A stretch of 64,000 nucleotides of DNA from Caecitellus pseudoparvulus (taxonomy: Eukaryota; Protista; Bigyra: Bicosoecida). The stretch is taken from assembly GCA_965644315.1 (NCBI GenBank), contig CBFFRQ010000065.1, forward strand, positions 124,001-188,000, given 5' to 3'. Position numbers and translations under genes: made by a program. Positions within the stretch are counted from its first letter, which is position 1. Every line of letters starts with the position of its first letter. Shown here piece by piece: positions 45,001 to 54,753 of this stretch. Below the pieces are notes generated by a model that was not told where the DNA came from, ran no database searches, and was given only the letters and a program-made list of their open reading frames with translations.

Positions 45001-47432
45001 CAACCGGTCCGGGAACCCCTCCTCACGCCACAGGCGCTGACAAACAGAGCATGGTTCCAATCGAGTCCCCCCTTGCTCGGCCGATGCATGGTTTACACTC
45101 CTCTGGAAGGAAGGCCTCGCGGGATCTTACGCCTTCTGGGCAGTCGGGCATTTCCGCCCCCTTTGCGTTGCCCCCCACACACACGCCCTTGCAGCACGCT
45201 GCAACTATTGGCACTGCCTCAGTGCCTCGTGGTGCTGGTGGAGGGGCAAGCGGCAGGTCCCGCCACTCAGCTGCGACGTTGATGATGGCAGGGTCCGCGC
45301 TCGGAGCTGGAAGCAGCGTTACAATGCCGGGACCAGCCCGCCCTCGACCTTCGTATAGACGAGCGAGTATTGGGCTTGCTGCCACCGCTGGCCGCATTGG
45401 CACTGCGGAGTCGACTGGCACGAGCCCCAAGTCGGGCCTGAGCTCCGACCAAGAGCAAGACATCGCCACACAAGCACAGCAGTTCCTGAAGGAAAAGCAG
45501 CGGGCTTGGAAGAAGGATGAGGAGGCTCAGCTTGAAAAGAATTTGCAGAACATGGCTGAGCGTGTGGAAATGAGACCGCTGCTGCAGACCTTCAAAGACC
45601 CGGAGCTTGACGCAGCATACTGGCTTGCGACCACAGCGAAGCGAGTCCGGCGAACTCGCGTGGTCGTGGCTTTCCTTGCCTTCCTCTTCTTCTACCGAGC
45701 AGTCGAGGAGGCGCTGGCTGCCGAGTCGGACCTTTCCATTCGCACTGTCGGCCTGCGCCTGATATTCACGGGCATCGGGCTGGTGTTTTTGTTCGCATCT
45801 TCCCGCATGCGGCACCAAGCGGTGCGGGGCACCGTGCCGCAGTGGTTCTGGCTGCTCTCGTACATTATGATGGTGCTTGGGGGCTGCGTCCTCGTGGCCA
45901 CCCAGACGACGCTGCCCATCGCGACCATGGACATCATGCTCTTCTGCACTCTCTCATCCAATGGCCGCATGCTGTCCGTCCTGACTTCCACAATGCTGAA
46001 TGCTGCTGTGGTCGTGGCAAGCACAGTAGTGGGCTTCACTCCCACCGCCAGCACGACCCTGTCCATCGACATTGAAGAAGACGGCTGGCAGCTCGTCTTC
46101 TACTGGTATGCGGCGCTTGCAATTACCGCCATGTCTGCCAGCAGCACCGAGTACTACATGCGCCGCGGGTTCGGCTTGGGTGTGCTCACACGGGAGCAAA
46201 CTGCCTACGCGGAGCGCCTGCTGTACCAGATGCTGCCCAGGGCAGCTGTGTCACAGCTCAAGGAGGGCCGCACTGGCGTGTCCGACTCGTACCGCGGCGT
46301 GACACTGTTGTTCATGGACTTGTGCGGCTTCACCAAGATGTCGGCGGCTCTGCGCCCCGCGCAGGTGGTGTCCATGCTCAACGCGCTGTTCACTGAATTT
46401 GACCAGCTCACGGACAAGTACCGTGTCATGAAGGTGCAGACCATTGGCGATGCGTACATCGCCGTCGCTGGCCTGCCCTTTGATGACACTATGAGCGGGA
46501 CCTGGGCTTCTCAGGCAGCCCCGCAGTCATCGCTGGGGCCACCCCCTCCGCTGTCTGGGCGGCCTGAGGTGTACTCGGGGCGCCTGCCATCCACAAGGAG
46601 GAAGCCTCGCCCCCTGGCCCGGGCCGGCACCTTCAGCAGTATGCGGTCGCAGGACTCGTCCAGGCCCATTTCACCTGCCCCAGCCCCCCTTGCATCCCCC
46701 AGCTCGGGGGGACAGCCGGGTGGCAGCTTGGTGGACTACAGCGCCGTGGCGCGGGACATGACTACCGAGGAGCGAGGCATGGTACAAGCTTCCCAGCTGC
46801 GCTCGCTGTCCATCGCACACTCAATGCCCGCCCGAGAAGGGTCTTCGCACTCGGACACGAGCCAGCACCATGCCGCATCAGGCGATGCCTTTACCATGTC
46901 ACAGGCATCCCTTGACTCTCCCGTCCGAGCCATGCGCGCTGACCGGGCCCGAAGGCTGTCACGGCTGCAAACATTGACAAGTGTCCGGGACTTGTCCAAC
47001 GCCCGAACTAGGGACACCGCACGTTCAGCTGGCGTTGCAACTGCCCGGGCAGGCCAGTTGGACGACGTGAAGAAGAACGCAGAGACGATGCTGAAGATGG
47101 CGCTCAGCATGCAGAAAGCTGTGAAGCGGGTGACGAACCCTGCCACAGGGCAGCCACTGAAGATGCGCGTCGGCCTGCACACCGGAAACATCATCGCTGG
47201 CGTGATTGGGACGCGCACCCTGCGGTATGACATGTGGGGCGCCGATGTCTTGGCAGCAAATCTCATGGAAAGCCATGCCGAGCACGACGGCATCCTCGTC
47301 AGCGAAGTCACGCGGGATGCGTTGCAGCATGTGCCAGGCATTCAGTTCGAGGCTGGCGACCGTGTGGATGTCAGCGGCATGGGTGAGCTGAACACCTTCC
47401 ACGTGAGGGGTAATCTTCACCGGCTCATCTAG
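33019..47432 (+). CDS. P4-type ATPase (flippase)-guanylyl cyclase fusion, about 4,681 aa; exons 33019-33030, 33233-33282, 33382-33502, 33570-47432
   Basis: Spliced N-terminus MATN|HREVGV...EK|RFPLNHVTTSRYTAISFVPKNLFEQF. P4 motifs IDGETNLK, LVPISLYV, FTDKTGTLT, YQAASPDEAALV, CKGAD, AIEDKLQ, WMLTGDKEETA, CRLSPLQK, AIGDGGNDVSMIQEAHVGVGISG, SFYKN. These are followed by a TM bundle, class III cyclase domain 1 (~43960-44495), a second TM bundle and cyclase domain 2 (~46270-47420). Confidence 0.95.
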
Positions 47433-47755
47433 CGAAGTAAACCCTCCACAATACATGCATGAAACCTGGTCTTGCCTGCTGCCCAGCGGGAGCCATCCGC
47501 TGTGTCGCTGTGCATGCGTGGGGGCTGGTGGCGCGATGTGTAGCTGTTCAAAACTCGCGTCACCCACTGTATGCAGTCTGCGCAGCATCTTGTGCCAGAT
47601 TTACTTGCTGTCGCTTGCGAATAGCTGGCCGGGTGCTTGGCCACGCCAGCTCCTCGGCAGACCAGAGCGCCTCTCAGCACGGTTGTGTTTCCGCCTGGGG
47701 AGCGCAGAACCGCCCCAGCTGATTTCCTAGCACATTTTCGTACATAAAGCTTGAG

Positions 47756-48577
47756 ATGCTTCGTTTCTCTCTCGCTCTGCTGACTGTCTGGGCTGTGGCA
47801 GCGTCGGCATCTGCTTCGTAAGTTCCGCACTGCCAAGCTTGCCACGCGTCATGGCCACTCCCGCCCTGCCTGCCGCCTGCTTCCAGCGCTGACATTGCTG
47901 GCAAGATTCTTCACCTCCCAAAAGAGGTTCTCTCCATCTCATTGAATGGTGGGGAGCGCTTGACAACGCCAGCAGCCTCAGGGCTGTTCACGTTTCATGC
48001 TGTGGCTCCTGGTCTGCACCGCCTGGAGATTGAAAGCCACAAACTCGTGTACCCTCACTACGTGGTCGAAGTGAGCGAGTCAGGAAGGACCAAAGTAAAG
48101 GAGTTCCATTATCCAGGGGCTCCGCCAATCGCACTGCAGAGCGATGTCATCCAAATCAAAGCGGTAGCACCCGTGACCTACTACAGAGCTGCTGCCTCCT
48201 TCAACCTGGCCTCCTTGCTCATGAACCCCACTGTCATCATTCTCCTCGTCATGGTGGCCGCCATGGTCTTCCTGCCGTCGATGATGGAGAATATGGACCC
48301 TGCTCAAAAGGAGGACATGCGCAGGCAGCACGAAGCCATGAGCAACCCAGCTGCCCTGCTGTCGGGCGGTGGCGCCCCCCAAGACATGGGCTCCCTCATG
48401 TCCATGCTAACCGGCGAGACCCCTGCACCTGGTTCGGCCCAAGCAGACTCTGGCCCTCCTGTGGACCCGTATGAGCATGCCGCAAGCAAGGTCGGCGGAG
48501 GCAGTGGCCGCAGCTCCCGCCGAGCGCCTCAGGCCGCACCTGGTGTTGGCCGAAAGGGCAAAGGCAAGCGCCGCTGA
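47756..48577 (+). CDS. EMC7: ER membrane protein complex subunit 7-like
   Basis: Signal-peptide exon MLRFSLALLTVWAVAASASA followed by a GTAAGT donor. Lumenal beta-sandwich (LNGG...GLFTFHAVAPG.H.LEI), then APVTYY...FNLASLLMNP, a TM segment and LPSMMENMDP. Confidence 0.85.
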
Positions 48578-48603
48578 GGTGACATTGCGGCAGAGCATTG
48601 CAT

Positions 48604-49686
48604 TCAAGCAGCCAGTCCAAGCTTCAGGGCGGTAACTACACCACCAAAGTGCGTGCCGTAGTCCTTCGCCATGTCCAGCTCGCCTTCCAGGGGCTGCGCG
48701 GACCCGTCCGCACCTGCCAGCGTCCCTGGCCCGTAAGGCGAGCCGCCGTGCGCCTTGGAGTTGTCGAACTGGATGGCAGGCGAGCCGTACCCGTGGGGCA
48801 CGTAGATCATGCCGTGGTGGGTGAACTGCGGGGTGGGGGCGCAAGGTCGGGCTCAATGCAGCAACATGCAGGCAAAGTGGGGTGTCGGGCGTGGGTGGTC
48901 GGCGTCTCACCTGTGTGACGGCTGTGAGGGCGGTGGTCTCCTGCCCGCCACCCTGGGTGGCCGTGGAGAAGAACAGACCTACAGGCTTCCCCCTGAGGGC
49001 GCCCTTCTGCCAGTGGCCACCGGTGGCATCAAAGGCAGCCTTCAATTGAGCAGCGATCATGCCGAAGCGGGTGCCACACTGCGAAGTGTGTGGGGGGATC
49101 GTGTGGTGGGAGGCTGCAAGCTAGCCACATCCGCACTGCGTGCCGCACCCCAAAGATTATGCCATCGTAACTTGGAAGTGTAGTGATGTCCAAGTCCTCG
49201 TGGTCACCGCCTTTTGGCGGGGCATGCATCTTCTCCAAGACTGCGGGGGGGGGCGGCAGGCCAACGCTTCCGGAAACCAGCGACACGGCAAGCTGCGTTG
49301 CTCGACGCCATACCTTCCTCAGGCAGCGTTTCTGAGATGCGCTTCACGTCCACCTCCACACCAGAGGCTTCCAGGCCAGATACTACTGCACCAGCCAGCG
49401 TCTTTATGTGGCCGTACATGGAGTAGTAGGCCACAAGCACCCGGGCTTTCGCTTTCGTTTCCAGCTGAGTGCCACTGCCTGTTGCCGCGTCAGGTGTGGA
49501 GGGGGAGCCAGCTTGGCCGACAGCCACATCACCAGCTTGTACAGGTTCCGAACTCCCTGAGGTCTGGCTCATTTCAGGAGCTGCAGGTTCCGGGGCTTGG
49601 GCCTGCTGTGGCGTGGGCTCGCCTGGTGCCTGAGGGGGAGCTGGGCTTGGCGCGAGCGCTGCTTGTTTGGAGCCACCGCAGCCCAT
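48604..49686 (-). CDS. WrbA/FQR1-type flavodoxin-like NAD(P)H:quinone oxidoreductase with N-terminal MGCGGSK acylation motif; spliced
   Basis: VAYYSMYGHI, SETLP, YDGIIFG, TRFG, FDATGGHW, STATQGGGQETT, HHGMIYVP, GGSPYGPGTLAG.DGS.QP. Confidence 0.93.
48645..49034 (-). repeat. Left arm of a 390-bp inverted repeat (partner 50585-50974)
   Basis: Ungapped reverse-complement match covering the 3' exons and an 85-nt intron with 5 mismatches. Confidence 0.93.
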
Positions 49687-49813
49687 GCTTGAGCGTGAAG
49701 GTGGAGGGGGGCGAAGGAATCAGCTTTTATATCGTGTGCGTGTGTGTGGGTGCCAGTCGTACTGAAGATGGAATGTTGTGGGCAGGAAATTGGTCGTTCT
49801 GAGGAGAACGTGA

Positions 49814-49823
49814 GTGACGTCAC
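49814..49823. promoter_or_regulatory. Palindromic CRE/ATF-like element GTGACGTCAC in the divergent promoter of the two WrbA-like genes
   Basis: Perfect 10-bp palindrome in the 387-bp interval between the two start codons. Function is inferred only. Confidence 0.35.
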
Positions 49824-50073
49824 GCAAATTCCGCTCCTGTCAGGGGGATGGAAGGGGGCCTGGAGGGCCCCTCGCGCACTGACCAGCACAACTGCCAGTT
49901 CCATCAAATACAAAACGTTGCCCCCAACCCCCGACCGCTTGCCCATGTCTCCAAACTGTACGCACACACGGCTTTCATTCAAGTCCTACACACGTGCCTC
50001 ACAGCTCGCCGCTCTCAACACGCCGCAGGCATTGCACTCGCATCGTCACTGCTCCTTAGCCTCCCTCGACACC

Positions 50074-51015
50074 ATGGCTGCCACCGGCTCTCCTGCAAAG
50101 GTCCTGGTCCTGTACTACTCCATGTACGGACATGTGAAGCAGGTGCGTGCGGTGCTGTGCTTGCGCGAAGCGCTGCACGTTGAGTGTGACGCAGGCGCGT
50201 CATATGTTTCCGGACGCGTCTAGAAACGTTGCTACCCGGCGCTTCGTAGCTCATCCGCCCGTCGCCCGCATCGCTCACAGCTCGCTGACTCTATCAAGGA
50301 AGGAGCCTCCACTGTTGAGGGAGTCGAGGTCACCATCAAGCGTGTGCGTTGGCATGCATTTAGGCGTGGGAGGCCCGCGTGCTCGTACAGTCGGTGCAAC
50401 CTTCTGCGTCCCTCCCTCAGATCCCGGAGACCCTGCCTGCTGAGGTGCTGGAGAAGATGCACGCCCCAGCTCCTGGACCTGATGCCCCTGAGGAAGCCAC
50501 TGTCGCAGAGCTGGCTGAGTATGATGGCATCGTCTTTGGCATGCCCACGCGCTTCGGCATGATGGCCGCCCAGGTCAAGGCATTCTTTGATGCCACCGGT
50601 GGCCACTGGCAGAAGGGCGCCCTCAGGGGGAAGACCGCTGGCACTTTCTTCTCCACGGGCATTCAGGGCGGCGGGCAGGAGACCACCGCCCTCACAGCCG
50701 TCACACAGGTGAGACGCAGACCACCTTCGCCCGACACCCCACTCTGCCTGCGTGTTGCTGCATTGAGCCCGACCTTGCGCCCCCACCCCGCAGTTCACCC
50801 ACCACGGCATGATCTACGTGCCCCACGGGTACGGCTCGCCTGCCATCCAGTTCGACAACTCCAAGGCTCACGGCGGCTCGCCCTACGGGCCAGGGACGCT
50901 GGCAGGTGCTGACGGGTCTGCCCAGCCGCTGGAAGGCGAGCTGGACATGGCGAAGGACTACGGCACGCACTTTGCGACCATTACCGCTGCACTTGTGAAG
51001 GGCAAGTCTGCGTAA
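50074..51015 (+). CDS. WrbA/FQR1-type NAD(P)H:quinone oxidoreductase, short (likely soluble) paralog; 4 exons
   Basis: MAATGSPAKVLVLYYSMYGHVKQ|LADSIKEGA...|IPETLPAEVLEKMHAP...YDGIVFGMPTRFGMMAAQ...STGIQGGGQETT|FTHHGMIYVP...GGSPYG. Confidence 0.95.
50585..50974 (+). repeat. Right arm of the 390-bp inverted repeat (partner 48645-49034)
   Basis: See left arm. Confidence 0.93.
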
Positions 51016-51264
51016 GTGTATGAGCCCGCCAGAATGCATCGGGCTAGCCCATGGCCTTGGGCATGCAAAGGCAGTGCCGCACCACTTGAGGCAAGCGGAA
51101 AAACTCCTTCATCGTGTGCCATTCCCCGTCATATTGCCTAGAATTGGCAACATGTCCTGTGTCAGGTTGGCGCTTGCAAGGGTTCCACGCTGTCCATCTC
51201 TGGCACAGCTGTGTGTCACTGGCGTTTCACCCCATAACGGCCGCGACACCAGCGATTGACAATC

Positions 51265-54200
51265 ATGTCCACCACGCTGCGAAGGAGCACGCGCACCGCC
51301 TCCACGATGCAAGACTTGACAAACAAGAGTTCTTCGACTGCTGAAGGCACGAAGTTGCCGCGTCCAGGGGCCCGTGGAGTGGCGGCGCCAAAGGCATCGG
51401 CCCGCAGCCGGCTCGGCGCGCTGGCACGATCTGCCGATTCACGCACTGCCCGAACGCGGGGAGCGACGGCAGCCGCTTCTGCAGCAAGCTCTTCTGCAGC
51501 AAGCTTTGCTGCCGATACTGAAGGAGACCTGAGCCTTGAGGCTGGTTCTCTGCATGGCGAGGAGCTGCTGACAGACATTGTTTCTGCTCACCTGCTCGAA
51601 GACATCGATGAGGAGTTTGGTCCTGGCCATGAGACGGCGCTGACGAAGCGAAAGGTGCCGAAGGCAGCAGCATGGGACATCAAGGTGCGTGCGTTCTGCT
51701 GCCTACTTGACACGCCTCCTTCGCCCGTTGCTGCGGCCGTGCTGGCTCCGCTTTGTGTTGAGCGTTTTCCTGACCTCACACACTGCACCGTCTGGCACCA
51801 CGCAGAAAAAAGAGGCATTCTTCAAGGAGAGGCTTGGGCTTGTGTCGAGGGCTCTGGCGGACTGCGCCAGTCGTCGCGATGACCTGCTCAGCGCAGCGGC
51901 TCAGATTGACGCTCGGCGGGCTGCCGCTCGACAGGAGCTGGAGGAGCGCGAGGCCCAGCTCCAGGAGAAGATTCAAGAGATGGACGCTGCCCATGCAGCC
52001 CACGAGGAAAGGGTCCAGGAGCTTTCTTCTGCACTGGAAGCAAGCAGGGCTGAGGTGGAAGACTTGAGTGGGCAGCTGGCAAGCGCACGCGCCGCTGCAA
52101 CAACTGCTCAAGACACGGCCAGCACCGCCCAGACTGACCTTCAAGAAGCAGAGGGCGCCATTGCTGACTATGAGGACAAGGTTGTGGCCCTGGAGGGCGC
52201 TCTCGCTGAGGCAAAGGCCCACAGCGCCGACGTTTCCAGGGAGCTGGAGGTAGCAGTGGCCACCATCGCAAGCCACAGCACGTCGCTGTCCCAAGCCAAG
52301 GCTGCTCACACCCGTGCTATGGCTGACATGGAGGCAGAGGCGACTAGGAAAGAAGCTTCCCTGATCACAGAGCGCGATGCCGCTCTCGCCCAAGCGACTG
52401 AGCTGGAGTCTCAGGTGAGCAAGCTGAAGGCACAGCTGGCAGAGGCGGAGGCGAGCAGCACGGCAGCTTCACGGGACTCTGAGCTGCTGGCATCCAGGGC
52501 CGCCCAAGAAGCTGAGCTGGCTCAGCGGAACGCTGCCTCGCTTGAAGAGCAGCTGACACGAGTCAAGGCAGAGCTTCAGGAGAAGATGGGCACAATATCG
52601 CAGCTGCTGAAGACTGTCGGCGAAATGACGGCAGGGAAGGACGCCGCGATGCGCTCGCAAGGGCAGCGGGAAGAGAAGCTGCAGGAGCGCCTGGACAAGC
52701 TTGGCCGTGAGCGTGACGAGCTGCAAGCTGAAGTCATTCGATTGGGCGGCGACCTGCGTCAGGTGCGCGAGCAGCTGGCAACCTTGTCCTCAAAGCACGA
52801 GGCAGCCGTGGAAGACCTGGCGTCCAAGACAGAATCGTTGAAAGGAAAGGACGAGCAGGTCACCGCATTGACTGCTCAGGTGTCTGAGCTTACCAGCACT
52901 TCTGCTGCGGCAGCAGAGGCAGCCGCACGCAGCATCAGCGACCTGGAGGAGCAAGTGGCAACGGCAAAGGCAGACCTTGGCAAGGCTCAGAGCAAGGCGG
53001 CGGAGCAAGACACCACCGTCAAGTCAGCCCTGGAAGAAAAGCAGAGGTCTGTTGCGCAGCTGGAGGAGGCCACAAAAGAGCTGGCCGAGGCTCGGGACAC
53101 GGTGTCTACCCTGGAAGCAGAGCTGGAGGCCTTGAAGCACAGCTTGGGCGCTTCCGAGTCCTCCAAGGCCGAAATGTTGTGTGCTGCAACAAAGGAGGCA
53201 ACAGCGCTCAGGAGGCAGATGGGGAGCATGGGGGAAGTTGCCCAGCGCCTGGCTGCCGCAGAAGCCCGCATTGAGACCTTGCAGGGGCAGCTGTTCAAGG
53301 GGGAGATGACCCGGCGAAAGCTGCACAACACCATTCAAGACTTGCGTGGCAACATCAGGGTGTACGTGCGCGTCCGCCCCTTCCTGCCTGGTGATGAGCC
53401 TGAAGACACCAAGTGCCTCGACGACCTTGTGCCCGCTGCGAAGCCGGGAGTGGACGGACAGTCAGTCACGTTGGCCGCGGTGCCTGCTCGGGGAGGCAAG
53501 GCTTCAACCATGTCACGGCCATCAAAGCCCAGCACCTTTTCGTTTGACGGGGTGTTTGGTCCTAATGCCGACCAGGCGCATGTCTTCAACGAGGTTGGAC
53601 CGCTAGTGCAGTCAGCGCTGGACGGCTACAATGTCTGCTTGTTCTCATATGGGCAAACAGGTAGCGGTAAGACCCACACGATGGTGGGGGGGCCTGGGGA
53701 AGCATCAGGTCTCATCCCACGATCTATTTCAAAGATCCTGGCGGAGTCGCGACGCATGGGGGACGAGGGGTGGGAATACTCCCTGCAAGCGTCTTTCTTG
53801 GAGATCTACAACGAGAACATCCGCGACCTGCTCACAGCTCCTTCCAAGTCGAAGCCCAGCTTCTCTGCTGCCGGTGGTGGTGCTGCGTCCAGCACAGGGC
53901 AGTCCCTCTCCGTCGTGCATCACGGGGATGGCACGACTGAGGTGCCGGGCTTGACGTTGGTGAATGTGTCAGGAGCTGCTGCAATCGAGGAGCTGCTGGA
54001 CACCGCTTCTGCGAATCGGTCGGTCGCAAGTACTGCTATGAACGAGGTCTCGTCTCGCTCCCACTCGGTGTTCACACTGCACATCAAGGGGTGCCATGCG
54101 GAGAAGGGCGTCGAGGTGCAAGGCACGCTCAACTTGGTGGACTTGGCTGGCTCGGAGCGTGTTGGGCGATCAGGCGCAGAAGGAAAGCACCTCAAGGAGG

Positions 54201-54655
54201 CTGGGGCCATCAACAAGTCCTTGTCTGCACTGGGGGATGTGTTCACCTCCCTGGGACGAGGCAGCGGGCACATTCCCTTCCGCAACTCGAAGCTGACGTA
54301 CCTTCTTGCTCCGTGCTTCAAAGGCGACGGCAAGACCCTCATGCTGGTGAACCTGTCTCCTACAGAAGCCAGTGCCAGCGAGAGCCTCTGCTCGCTGCGG
54401 TTTGCTTCTACGGTGAGCCAGGTGCACCTCGGCCAGGCTACCAAGCGAGTTTCTGCTGCGCCGACGGCCAGCACTCCTGGACCGAAAGCCGCAGCAGCCC
54501 CAGGCGCACCTTCCTCTGCCTCCCGGACGCCAAAGTTTGGCACGTTTCCTGGGCGCCGAGGGGCGCCGGCCACGGGAGGCACTCGACGTGCACGACCTGG
54601 CTCTGCCGCCAAGGGCAGCACCGTCACCGCATCCAAGCGTGCTCGCAAGCTGTGA
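51265..54655 (+). CDS. Kinesin-14 family (C-terminal motor; KIFC1/Ncd/Kar3-like), one intron near 51685-51805
   Basis: Basic tail, long coiled coil, neck RRKLHNTIQDLRGNIRVYVRVRP, P-loop YGQTGSGKT, NEVSSRSH, LVDLAGSE, HIPFRNSKLT. Confidence 0.95.
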
Positions 54656-54753
54656 AGCTGCAGCACGCGTGCGCAAGGCAATACATTACGAAAAGACACT
54701 CGTTTGGACAGGGGAAGGGACACTCGACGCACAGCGCTGCTCTGCATCGCATG

